DNA of 64,000 bases from Squalus acanthias (Eukaryota). The position numbers and the translations under genes are program-made. Shown here one piece after another: positions 14,010 to 25,989 of the stretch. The stretch covers positions 135,968,001 to 136,032,000 of the forward strand of contig CM059431.1 of assembly GCA_030390025.1 (NCBI GenBank), in the 5' to 3' direction. How positions within the stretch are numbered: position 1 is the first letter of the stretch; each line of letters starts with the position of its first letter. The notes below the pieces were generated by a model, which did not search any database, was not told the DNA's origin, and saw only the letters and a list, made by a program, of their open reading frames with translations.

Positions 14010-15893
14010 AAACAGTGGAAGCCCTAGAGTATAGAAAGTGCAGGGGGGTACTTAAAAATGAAATTAGAAGAGCGAAGAGGGGGCATGAAAAAACACTGGC
14101 GGGCAAAATAAAGGAAAATCCCACGGTGTTTTATAAGTATATTAAGGGCAAGAGGATAACCTGGGAAAGAGTAGGGCCCATTAGGGACAAAAGTGGCAAT
14201 CTGTGTGTTGAGCCAGGAGATGTAGGTGGGGTTTTAAATGAATATTTTGCATCTGTGTTCACTATGGAGAAGGACAATGTAGGCATAGAAATCAGGCAGG
14301 GGGATTGCGATATACTTGAACAAATTAGTATTGAGAGGGAGGAGGTACTAACGGTTTTAGCGGGCTTAAAAGTGGATAAATCCCCAGGCCCAGACGAGAT
14401 GTATCCCAGGCTGCTGTGTGAGGCAAGGGAGGAGATTGCAGTGGCTCTGACACAAATTTTCAGAACCTCTCTGGCCACAGGGGAGGTGCCAGAGGACTGG
14501 AGAACAGCTCACGTAGTACCATTATTCAAGAAGGGTAGTAGGGATAAACCAGGGAATTACAGGCCAGTGAGCCTAACATCAGTCGTAGGGAAATTATTGG
14601 AAAAAATTTTGAGGGACAGAATTAGTCTCCACTTGGAGAGGCAAGGATTAAATCAAGGATAGTCAGCATGGCTTTGTCAGGGGGTGATCATGTCAGACCA
14701 ATTTGATTGAATTTTTCGAGGGGGTGACTACGTGTGTGGATGAGGGTAGTGCAGTTGATGTAATCTACATGGACTTCAGTAAGGCTTTTGACAAAGTCCC
14801 GCATGGGAGACTGGTCAAGAAGGTAAAAGCCCATGGGATCCAGGGCAACTTGGCACATTGGATCCAAAATTGGCTTAGTGGCAGGAGGCAGAGGGTGATG
14901 GTCGAAGGTTGTTTTTGTGACTGGAAGCCTGTGTCCAGTGCTGTACCGCAGGGATCGCTGCTGGGTCCTTTGCTGTTTGTAGTGTACATTAATGGTTTAG
15001 ATATGAATGTAGGAGGTATGATCAGTAAGTTTGCAGATGACACTAAAATTGGTAGGATAGTAAATAGCGAGGAGGGAAGCCTCAGGCTACAGGACAATAT
15101 AGACGGGTTGGTTAGATGGGCAGAACAGTGGCAAATGGAATTTAACCCTGAAAAGTGTGAGGTGATGCATTTTGGGAGGACTAACAAGGCAAGGGAATAC
15201 ACAATGAATGGTAGGACCCTAGGAAGGACAGAGGTTTTAGAGGGACCTTGGTGTGCATGTACATAGATCCCTGAAGGCAGCAGGACAGGTAGATAAGGTG
15301 GTTAAAAAGGCATATGGGATACTTGCCTTCATTAGCCGAGGCATAGAATATAAGAGCAGGGTGGTTATGATGGAGCTGTACAAAATGCTAGTTAGGCCAC
15401 AGCTGGAATATTGTGTGCAGTTCTTGTCGCCACACTATAGGAAGGATGTGATTATATTGGAGAGGGTGCAGAGGAGATTCACCAGGATGTTACCTGGGCT
15501 GCAGCGCTTCAGCTATGAAGAGAGACTGGACAGGCTGGGGTTGTTTTCCTTAGAGCAGAGAAGGCTGAGGGGGGACCTGATTGAGGTGTAAAAATTTATG
15601 AGGGGCATAGATAGGGTAGATAGAAAGGAACTTTTCCCCTTAGTAGAGGGGTCAATAACCAGGGGGCATAGTTTCCAGGTAAGGGGCAGGAGGTTTAGAG
15701 GGGATTTGAGGAAAAACTTTTTCACCCAGAGGGTGGTTGGAATCTGGAACTCTCTGCCTGAAAGGATGGTAGAGGCAGGAACCCTCACAACATTCAAGAA
15801 GCATTTAGATGAGCACTTGAAACGCCATAGGCTACGGACGAAGTGCTGGAAAATGGGATAAAGATAGACAGGCCTTGATGGCCGGCGCGGACA

Positions 15894-16669
15894 CATAGAA
15901 ACATAGAAACATAGAAAATAGGTGCAGGAGTCGACCATTCGGTCCTTCGAGCCTGCACCGACCATTTAATGCGTTCATGACTGAACATGCTACCTCAGTA
16001 CCCCATTCCTACTTTCTTGCCATACCCCTTGATCCCCCTAGTTGTGAGTATTATATCTAACTCCCTTTTGAATATATTTAGCGAACTGGCCTCAACAACC
16101 TTCTGTGGTAGAGAATTCCACAGATTCACCACTCTCTGGGTGAAGAAGTTCCTCCTCATCTCAGTCTTAAATGGCTTCCCCTTTATCCTTAGACTGTGAC
16201 CCCTGGTTTTAGTTTTCCCTAACATTGGAAACATTCTGCCCGCATCTAATTTGTCTAAACCAGTCAGGATTTTAAACGTCTCTATAAGATCCCCCCTCAT
16301 TCTTCTGAACTCCAGAGGATACAAGTTCAGTTGATCCAGTCTTTCTTGATATGTCAGTCTGGCCATCCCAGGAATCAATCTAGTGAACCTTCGTTGCACT
16401 CCCTCAATAGCAAGAATGTCCTTCCGCAAGTTAGGAGACCAAAACTGCACGCAATACTCCAGGTGTGGCCTCACCAAGGCCCTGTACAACTGTAGCATCA
16501 CCTCCCTACTCCTGTACTCAAATCCCCTTGCTATGAAGGCCATCATGCCATTTGCTTTCTTGACTGCCTGCTGCACTTGCCTTCCCACCTTCAGTGACTG
16601 ATGTACCATGATGCCCAGGTCTCGTTGCACCTCCCCTTTCCCTAATCTGCCACCATTCAGGTAATAGTC
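15894..16669 (-). mobile_element. CR1 3' fragment nested in the 3' UTR of family-B CR1
   Basis: ORF 15995-16630 (RDLG, RPHLEYCVQFW, FFTQRVV); (CATAGAAA)n tail at ~15893-15917. Confidence 0.9.
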
Positions 16670-16707
16670 TGGGCCGAAGCGCCTCTTTCTGTGCTGTATA
16701 ACTCTAT

Positions 16708-17480
16708 GGGCTAAAAATTCAGCTGCTTGCGCCTCCCGTTAGCGCCTTAAGAGGGCGCTAACGGGGCGCAAAGCAGCTAACGCCCGGGTGCAGCGCCGCC
16801 CACGCCTCCCGCAAAATTCAGTGGGAGGTTAGCGGCGGCGCCAGCCGGTAGCGCCCTGTGGCGCTGCGCCGCCGGCGATGACGTCATCGCCGTGCGCAGC
16901 ACCCCGCTCGCGCTCCAGCCGCGATCTTCGGTAGCGCCCCCTGACTTACCGCCAGACACTATGTCCGACGGGTTCAGGGGGCGTACGTGCGGCCGGGGCG
17001 GCGATATTTAAAGGGGAGGTGGCAGGCGGCCATATTTGTTGCTGGCCGCCTGCCAGCACCTGCCCCCGTTGCTGTCCCCGGCCCCCGTGAAGCCCCCCCA
17101 CCGTGATGTGCCGGCTGCGCTCCAAGAGCCCGGCACTTCTCTTGAGTGCCGGGCTCTTTTGCCGGCACTCCCGATCCCTGGGGGCCCAGCTGGGCCCCGG
17201 TTCGCGCTGCGCAGGGTCCCCTCCCCTTTAAGAAGGGGAGGAAGGCCTGCAGTACCGCGGTGCGACGTGCCGCAGCGCCTGGCGCTGTGGCACGTAGCGC
17301 CAGGATATTCCCTCGCAGCGCCCCAAGAGGGATGCGGGGTGCTTCCAGTAGCGCCCCGCTTCCCTCTTGGGGCGCAACCACTCAAGTTCCGGCGCGGGGA
17401 TGCTAATTTTTTCGGGGCGCTAAATGTAGCGCCCCGGCGAGGTTAGCGCCCCAAATGGGGCGATACTCAATTTTTCCCCC
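16708..17480. mobile_element. GC-rich Harbinger-like MITE
   Basis: Imperfect TIRs gggctaaaaattcag / ctcaatttttccccc; many (ta)gcgcc motifs; inserted in a CR1 tail (actctat|...tatgattct). Confidence 0.7.
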
Positions 17481-17889
17481 GTATGATTCTTATTGGTTCT
17501 AATGCTCAAAATACCATTGTCACTCAGACTGAGGGTAGCATCTTGACTCCTCCTGGCTCAGTAATTTTCCAACAACTCTACCCTGTTTCATTGTTACGTT
17601 GTTTATAGTTCTTCACCCCATTGGAATTTACCTTATTTCTCTCATTCTGGCTTCCCTGGTACAAGCAGTACAAGGCCTCGTAAGCTGCATAGGCTGTGTG
17701 ACTGTCCGTTATCAGAACTAGTCTTGACTAGTCCTGGCTGTCTTTGCAGTTACATTTTGAGCATGCCGTAGCAATTTATGCACAAGTCATTACAGGTCAT
17801 ACAGAATATAGATATTTGACTAATGTGAAGTTCACTATTCTACACTCCCACGTTATTAATAAAAACATCCAAGTACCAGTCTTTCGTAC

Positions 17890-19980
17890 ACTTGCATTCT
17901 TCTTCCCCCCTTCTTTCCCCAGGTTATACTGGGTTTCTTCTCCTTCCTTCCTTTACTAGGTTATATTGAGATCATTCTCACTCCTTCCTTCCCCAGTTCG
18001 TACTCGGATTCTTCTCCCTCCTTCCTTCCTTAGTTATAGTGGGATTCTTCTCTATCCTTCCTTCTGCAGGTGCTACTTGCATTCTTTTCCATTCTTCCTT
18101 CACTAGGTTACATTGGGAATCTTTTCCCTCCTTCCTTTGCCAGGTTATAATAGGATTCTTCTTCATCCTCCTTCCCCAGTTTATACTGGGATTGTTCTCC
18201 TTCCTCCGTCCTCAGGTTATACTGGCAATCTTCTCCCTCCTCCCATCCCCAGATTATGTTCACATTCTTTGCCATCCTTTCCCCTCCTTTAATCCCTAGT
18301 TTGTTCCAGCATTCTCCATCATTCCTTTCCCAGGTAACACTGGCATTCTTCTCCACCCATCCTTCCCCAGGTTTTACTGGATCTTCTCCCTTCTAACTTC
18401 CTTAGGTTATACTGGGATCTTCACTATCCCTTTTTCCCAGGTTATACTGGGATTCTTCTCAATTCTTCCTTCCTCAGGTTATACTGGAATTCCGCTGCAT
18501 CCTTCCTTCCCAGTTTAGACTTGGATTCTTTTCCATCCTTCCTACCCCAGGTTATACTGGGATACTTCATTCTTCCTTCCCCAGTTTATACTGGGATTGT
18601 TCGCCTTCCTTCCGTCCTCAGGTAATTCTGGGATTTTGAAGCCTTCTCTCTTCCCCAGATTATACTGGGACATTGTCCCCTGCTTCCCCAGGTGATACTG
18701 GCATTACTCTCCATCCTGACTTCCCATGGTTCTACTGGCAATCTTCTATCTCCTTCCTTCACTTGGTTATATTGGGATTCTTCTCCATCCTTCTTCTCCT
18801 ATGTTATACTGGGATTATTCTCCCTGCTTCCTTGCCCAAGTTTACTGGGATTCTGGGTTATTCAGTTCTGTCGAAAGGTCAGCTTCTTGAAACATTATCT
18901 GTTTCTCTTTCCACAGATGCTGCCTGCCTTGCTGAGTATTTCCAGCATTACTAGGATTATTCCACTTGCCTTGCCCAGTTTATACTGGCATTCTTTTCCA
19001 TTTTCCTAGTTCATATTGTGATTCATCTTGCTCCTTCCTTCCCCAGGTTATACTGCCATTCCTCTCCTTCCTTCCTGCGCCAGGTTATGCTGGCATTTTT
19101 CTCCTTCCTACCTTCCCCAGGTTATATAGGAATTCTCCCTCATTCCTTCCCCAGGACATTCTGACATTTTCCATCTTTTCTTTCCAAGCATAAAATGCCA
19201 TTTTGTTTCATCCTTCCTTTTCCAGGTTATACTGGCCTTCTTCTCCATCATTCCTTCCCCAATATATGCTGGCATGCTCCTTCCTTCCTTCCCCAGGGTG
19301 TCACATTATTCTGCATCATTCCATCCCATTTTTAGAATAACATTCTATTCCATCCTTCTCCATGTTAAACTGGCATTCTTCTCCATCCCACGGTTCCACT
19401 GGCATTCGTTCCATCCTTCATTTAATAGGTTATACTGGGATTTATCTCCATCTTTCCTTCCCCAGGTATACTGACATTCTCCATCTTTCCTTCCCCAGCA
19501 TAAAATGGCATTTTGATTCATCCTTCATTCACCGGTTTATATTGGCATTCTTCTCCCTCCTTCCCCTGTCATTCTTGTGCATCCTTCCATTCCCTTTATA
19601 TACTGACATTCTACTCCATCCTTATTAAGGTTAATCAGGATTTCTTCTCCATCCTTCACTAGGTTACACTGGGATTCTTCTCCATCCTTTCTTTCAGCAG
19701 TTTCTATTGGGATTCCTCTCCCTCCTTCCTTCCCCAGATTATACTGGCATTCTTCTGCCTCATTCCATCCCCAGTTTGTACCAGCATTCTCCCTCCCTCC
19801 TTTCCCAGGTTATACTGGTATTCTTATCCTTCCTTCCCTAGGTTACACTGGCCTTCTCCCTCCCCAAGGGTGCACTGCCAATCTTCAGCAACATTGCACC
19901 CCCTTTTTATACTGACACTCTACTCCATCCTTCTACAGGTTAAAGTGTCATTGTTTTCCATCCATCCTTCACTAGGTTAT
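17890..19980. repeat. Degenerate 37-bp pyrimidine-rich minisatellite, roughly 50 copies
   Basis: Consensus ~ccatccttccttccccaggttatactgggattcttct; core recurs at a 37-bp period (near 17922, 17959, 17996, 18033). Confidence 0.9.
18861..18950 (+). mobile_element. Short Penelope pLTR fragment inside the minisatellite
   Basis: cagttctgtcgaaaggtc...gaaac...ccacagatgctgcctgccttgctgagtatttccagcatt, the reverse complement of the pLTR at ~20028-20083 and 20810-20840. Confidence 0.65.
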
Positions 19981-19982
19981 AT

Positions 19983-21950
19983 AAAAGCAAAATACCGTGG
20001 ATGCTGGAAATCTGAAATAAAAACAGAAAATGCTGGAAATATTCAGCAGGTCAGGCAGCATCTGTGGAGAGAGAAACAAAGTTGATGGCCCAAAATTTGT
20101 GATCGGAGACTTCCCGCGGGCGGATGCCTCCGACCTGTAAAAAATCTACACATTTACCTGGTGGCCCGGGAGGTACGGAGACTTGCGATCCTGGGCCTCT
20201 CCGGGTCCGCGCAGGCAGAGCCCCACGTTTCCAAGGGCTCATGCAGTTCGCGAGCGCCCCTGGGATCACGTGGGCCGGCCCAACCAATAAAAGAAGGGAA
20301 TCCCCATTCATACTTATGGGAGTTGCATACATACAGAACTCCCATAAGAATGAATGGGGATCACTTAAAAAAATACACGAACACTGAAATTAAAAAAAAT
20401 CACAATTTAAAATTAATTAAAATGCCATTTAATTAAATATTTTAAACGAAAATTTAATTTTTTGAAAAAATTTATATGTTTTAACAGGGCTAAAAATAAA
20501 CTTACCTTATTGGACAGGATTTTTAATGTATAAATGAGTGATAACATTTTATTTTTCTACTTTTTAAAACTCTTATGCTGGTAAAAGCAGGTCTTACTGC
20601 TTTTACCAGACATAAGAATTTCACAGGCATTCAGCGGATGGAAGTTGGTGAAATAGCGCAACTCTCCACCCGCAGAGGCCCATCTCCCGGGGATGCGGAG
20701 GATCTGTCAAGAAGATTCTTGACAGATCGCAAGCTCTGTGTTTTAGCGCATGCACTTCGCATACCTAAATCTGGAACTTCCGCGGTCCCTATGGGTGTGC
20801 AACCCAATATTTCAGGTCGATGACCGTTCATCAGAACTGGAAAAAGTTAGAGATGTAATAAGTTTTAAGCAGGTACAGAGGCAAAGAAAGGGGGGAGGGG
20901 TGAAGAAAGAATGAAAGGGAAGGTCTGTGATAGGGTGGAAGGCCGGAGAGATTAAATGACAAAAGGGCTTATGAAGCAAGGCAAAAGGGGATAGTAATAG
21001 GATAAGTAAAGCAGGAAAAGATGGGTCTAGAAGAGGTGTAAATGGCAATAGTAGAATCATTACCAACAGCTGCTGTCCAAAAAAAAGGGAGCAGTGATTA
21101 TGATCTGAAATTGTTGAACTTAATTTTGAGTCCAAAAGGCTGTAAAGTGCCTAATCGAAAGGTGAGGTGCTGTTCCTCGAGCTTCATTAGAACAGTGTAG
21201 GCGGCCAAGAACAGAGAGGTCAGAATGGGAGTGGAGCAGGGAATTAAAATGACCAGCGACCGGAAGCTCAGGGTCACACTTGCGGACTGAACGGAGATGT
21301 TCTGCAAAACGATCACCCAATCTGTGTTTGGTCTCTCCAATGTAGAGGAGGCTGCATCATGAGCAGCGAACACAGTATACTAAATTGAAAGAAGTACAAG
21401 TAAATCACTGTTTCACCTGGAGGGAGTGAGTGAGGCCCTGGACGATGGGAAGGGAGGAGGTAAAAGGGCAGGTGTTGCATCTCCTGCTCTTGCATGGAAA
21501 AGTATCATTGGAAGGAGAGGGGTTGTTGGGGGGTGACTGAAGAGTGGACCAGGGTGTCGCGGAGGGAACGGTCCCTTTGGAATGCTGAAAGAGGAGGGGA
21601 GGATAAGATATGTTTAGTGGTGGCATCATGCTGGAGGTGGCGGAAATAGCGGAGGATGATCCGTTGAATGTGGAGGCTGGTAGGGTGGAAGGTGAGGACA
21701 AGGGGAACCCTATCATGGTTCTGGGAGGGAGGGGAAGGGGTGAGAGCAGTGCGGGAAATGGGACGGACACGGTTGTCAACCACAGTGGAGGGGAATCCTT
21801 AGTTGAGGGAAAAGGATGACATATCGAAAGCACTGTTCTGGAAGGTGGCATCGTCAGAACAGATGTGAGAGATGGAGCTTGACCTGCTGAGTATTTTAAG
21901 CATTTTCTGTTTTTATTTCAGATTTCCAGCATCCGCAGTATTTTGATTTT
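19983..21950 (-). mobile_element. Degraded, 5'-truncated Penelope-like element (GIY-YIG end) with an inverted partial pLTR
   Basis: Minus-strand remnants RVPLVLTFHP...AFQRDRSLRDTLVHS, CKSRRCNTC and GDRFAEHLRSV...VAGHFN; 21881-21950 is the inverted copy of 19983-20052; hammerhead-like ctgatga-a-cggtc atc gacct-gaaa on minus at ~20810-20837. Confidence 0.8.
20087..20805. mobile_element. MITE-like insertion (Harbinger-like left end) splitting the Penelope pLTR
   Basis: Starts ggcccaaaattt, like the 25626 MITE; the pLTR resumes at atttcaggtcgatgacc; GC-rich ends with an AT-rich core; right end ambiguous. Confidence 0.5.
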
Positions 21951-21954
21951 GACC

Positions 21955-22650
21955 TTTTACCTTAAATCTATGTTCTTTGAAGGTCGATTCTTCTGCCACT
22001 GGAAACAGTTTTTCCTTGTTTACTCAATCAAAAACCTCTCCTGATTTTGAGCACCTCTATTAAATCTCCACTTAACCTGCTCTTCTCTAAGGAAAACAAC
22101 CCCAGCTATTCTACTCTCTCCACGTAACTGAACTCCCGCATCACTGGTACCATCCTAGTAAATCTCCTGTGCACACTCTCAAGCCTTGACATCTTTCCTA
22201 AAGTGTGGTGCCCAGAATTGGACACAATGCTCCAGCGGAGGCTGAACCAGTGATTTATAATGGTTTAACATAACTTCTTTGCTTTTGTACACTATTCCTC
22301 TGTTTATAAAGGCAAGGATCCCCTTTGCTTCTTTAACATCCTCCCCAACTTGTCCTGCCACCTTCAAAGATGTGTGTACGTACACCCCCGGGTCTTTCTG
22401 TTCCTGTACCTGCTTTAACGTTGTACCATTTAATTTGTATTGCCTCTCCTCATTTTCCCTACTAAAATGCATCACTTTACACTTCTCTGCATTAAGTTTC
22501 ATCTGCCATGTGTCTGCCCAGTTCATCAGTCTGTCTATGTCCTCCTGAAGTCTGTTACTATCCTCCACACTGTTTACCACATTTCAGAGTTCGTGTCATC
22601 TGCAAACTTTGAAATTATGCCCTGTATACTCAAGTCCAAGTCATTAATAT
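21955..22650 (-). mobile_element. Old CR1 RT/3' fragment
   Basis: ORF 22179-22580 (LQEDIDRL..WQMKLNAEKCKVMH..LEHCVQFW). Confidence 0.85.
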
Positions 22651-24478
22651 GACTTTACCGTGAAGGCCGTCACTGAGCTATGTCACCTGCTACAGCCACA
22701 ACTCCAGCCTTAAACCAATGCATGGACAACACTGCCTGTGGCTGTCAAGGTCACCGTCGCCGTCAACCTTTATGCTACAGGCTCCTTTCAGGTTGCAACA
22801 TCTCACAATTCGCAGTACACCAATGTATTAGGGAGGTCACCTAGGGTCTCTACACCTGGAGAAACACCTACATCTCCTCCCCTATTGACAGATTGAAGCA
22901 GGACAAGAGAGCACAAGGTTTTGCCCACATGGCAGGCTTCCCCATGGTATAGGGTGTCATTGATGACACGCACATTGAGCAGCTCTAGGACCCAGCTGCA
23001 GACTGCAGTATCTCGGCATAGGCTGCAGCAGTCTGGGGCGGCTAGCTGAGTGGCACTAGCAAGGTCACTGGCCGGGTATCTGGAGGGGGGCAGGCACGCT
23101 GTCATCCTGAGTCAGGACTGCAGATGCCTCTTCCATGGAGCCAAGGCAATGCTCCTGGGGCAGCATCTTAGCACTCCAAAGGCTCTGCATGAGAACAGAT
23201 AGCAGGAGTGATGTGATGCCCTGGAAGCTCCTTTCAACAGTGGCCCTCCAAAGCCAAGATGGCAGTCATTTGAGTTTCCATGCCAGCAGTGTAAACTGCC
23301 ATAGTAGCCCGATGTTTGCACCGCCATGGAAGCTGTCAGTTTTCATACAATGCTCCATCATGATGGATGTCACTACAGTGCTGATCGAACTGACCACTGT
23401 TGGACAGAATGGTCTCCATGCTCTGCGCAAAGCCTTCAGACAAGTTGGAGCTGGACTCCTCCATACTCTGCAACATTATGTGCAAGCTCTCTGGCAGACT
23501 GTCCAGTGCACCAAGCATTTCGTGATGTATGCCCATTAGCCTTTTTCGGTAGCCTGGGCCCTCAAAGTCTGCATCTGAGTCCTGTACAGTGCAATGTCAC
23601 CTTCCAGCAAACTGGCACCTGTGATATCGTATCTCCCTGCCTTGGCTCTTGTGTCCTTATACCTGGTGAGTCACCACATGGAGGTACATCCTCTAACTTA
23701 ACCTCTAAAATCCGCTTATGACAGTCAGATCAAGGGATGGTGCATCTTCAGGAATACTGCGCTCCTCTTCCTCCACTGTGTGAGGGGCATCGACATTCTC
23801 ATCAGCTGAAATGAAAGAAACGGATGAGGGTTAGCTTGTGGTGCGAGGGAGAGAGGTCGGTATTGAGAGCATCTGTACCTTGTCATGCACAGTGTGTGGT
23901 GTGAGGGAGAAGTCAGAAGAGATAAAGCAAATTAGGTATGAAGAAACCCTGCGTGACATCTCCTCCATCGGCCTCAGTCACCACAGCCTACACTCTGCCC
24001 TTTTGCATTATAGCCAGGACACACTTTTCAAGGTGAAGAGGGTGTGCAGGGGAGTTCTTCTTCCTCCGGTGGCAGTGTTACCTTGGATTGTGTGTAGTAG
24101 TGAGTGTGTGAGCATGAGGAGAAGGACGCTTAGTGAAGTTTGGTGCAGTAATTGCAGCACAATGTAGCGTAGTGGGGAGCCTCCAGTGCAGCATCACAGA
24201 ACCTCGGTGCCCGCTTGCTCCCTCCTTCAGCCAATCAAGTTGTTACAGTCTTTGCAGCCAGAATAAACCTCCCCATTAAAAGATGCTGGCTGCCTTTGAT
24301 TAGCACCTTGAACTCCCAATATTGCAAACCCCCACTAGTCATGCAGCCAATGAATAGCACAGGTAGCGCTGGCTGCAAGCACGAATCATTGTGATTGCCA
24401 GGCAGTGTGCTGCCTGCATTGATAGTAACTGGCAAGGCTAGACTGCCCGTTTTCAGGCACAATCCGATTTCTAGGCCC
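22651..24478. mobile_element. Harbinger relic: transposase fragment (+, ~22651-22980) converging on a Myb/SANT-like gene (-, ~23300-24230)
   Basis: + strand AVTELCHLLQPQLQP...LPVAVKVTVAVNLYATGSFQ and AGFPMV*GVIDDTHI (HARBI1-like); - strand RAPRFCDAALEA and MLGALDSLPESL...; TIR-like end atttctaggccc at ~24467-24478. Confidence 0.78.
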
Positions 24479-25625
24479 ATTTTATTTTAATAGGACCATA
24501 AAAATGCATGACGATAGAAACAATTAAAACCCCTAAAGGCGAGGCTATGAGATAGGATTGCTGCATTGCATTCATGTCTTTTCATTACTGCAGTCACTTT
24601 TTGCTTTTATTACTGAAGTAACCTATAGAATAAACAAATAGGAAGTAGCACCTCGAATTATCTACATTTTGGCTACAAGTATAAATAAGTTGGCATACTT
24701 TCCATAGTTGGGAAAAAATATTTTCCTTAGATACATAACATAAATAAAATTGAAAGTAATATAGAGGGGTAATGGTTCCTTTTTGATATTAACTTCGCCA
24801 GATTAAGACCATTAAACAAGACTAGATAATTCAATATCAAAGTAATCTCTACTTATACAGTCAGATGGCTATAGCAGTCCAATTGAAAGCAAGTGCTGGC
24901 ACAGGAAACACTGCTCACTACATTATTTCACAATGGCAATTGAAAACATAGCAAGACATGCAACATGTTTCTTTGAGTACTATATTTTGTTGACCTAATA
25001 GTAATTTTATTTACCATTAAACAGTATTTTCATAACTCATTTCTGCAATTTGGTGAAATACTTTGCATCAACTGGAAATATTCTTAATGTTAATTTTCTT
25101 ATAACCTATGAAAAGGAACACTTCACAATTATGACTTCATTTTAAAATATTTTTTGTTTATTTTCAGAGCAAGTCATTTAGTTTGCTTAATTTCTCTTGT
25201 AATGAAGTGACGTTTTAAGAAGTCAATTTTATTATAAAATCTGAATTAGTAATTAGTAATTATGCATTTTACAGTCTAAATTAAGATCAACATTTAAGCC
25301 TTAAAGTACTCTAAATGGGTACTTAAAAGTACATCAAAGTGTTCGCTAAGCCTGACCAGAACTGATATTGCACACTCATATGACTGAAAGTGCAATATTT
25401 GTGGTCACTTCTCCTCATTTATTAGTAATATTCACAATAATATTAATACAAACCACAGAGCCACTTTTGGACTGGTATATGTGTTGAAAGAGACCTGTCT
25501 GGGTCAGACAGGATTAGAACACCAAATGCTTAATAACATTCAGTGCTGCACTGAGAGAAAGCTACTGCATTTTGGGTTTAAAATGGAACAGTGTAACCTA
25601 CTGTAAACAACTAATGAAGTATAAT

Positions 25626-25943
25626 GGCCCGGATTTTGCATTGAGAATAATGGTGAGGCTAACAACGCTCACTGTTATTATGGACTGAATCGGACAGCAA
25701 CATGCGCAGTTAAACACGGAAATCCGTAGCTCAGTGAGGATTCTTCAATCTGATTGTTTGAAGAGCCTCGCTGTTGCTTTCCTGCTCACATACGCCACAG
25801 ATCCCCTGTAGAGGGTGCCACGCTGGATCAGATGCCTGATAACAGCAAGTCTACGCTCAAAAGCCCGCAAAATCTCACTGGGCAGTTGTCAGCGAGTGAA
25901 CGACAAGCGCCATTCCTTTGCCGCTGACCACAAAATTCAGGCC
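25626..25943. mobile_element. Harbinger-type MITE (318 bp)
   Basis: TIRs ggcccggatttt / aaaattcaggcc; 3-bp TSD AAT at 25623-25625 and 25944-25946. Confidence 0.75.
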
Positions 25944-25989
25944 AATGTAAAAAGTGAATATTACAAATTTTTTTCTTCTCGTTTTCTAG

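Larger units (their letters stand above)
9983..16707 (+). mobile_element. Near full-length CR1 (family B) in three pieces: 9983-11452 (ORF1 end + endonuclease), 14010-15893 (RT), 16670-16707 (3' UTR/tail)
   Basis: ORF1 esterase motifs (HIGTND, DGLHLN); ORF2 continues across the 11451-14009 insertion (GRYKGLK|TVEALEYRKC); the 3' UTR continues across 15894-16669, judged against the intact UTR at 7889-7960. Confidence 0.88.

Noticed and set aside
16777..17446. GC-rich overlapping ORFs / apparent CpG-island promoter
   Set aside because: Lies within a TIR-bounded MITE inserted in a CR1 tail; the ORFs reflect high GC and show no recognisable domain
17890..19980. CRISPR-like look (palindromic core with variable intervening sequence)
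   Set aside because: Vertebrate context, no cas genes, and the 'spacers' are degenerate copies of one pyrimidine tract; this is a minisatellite
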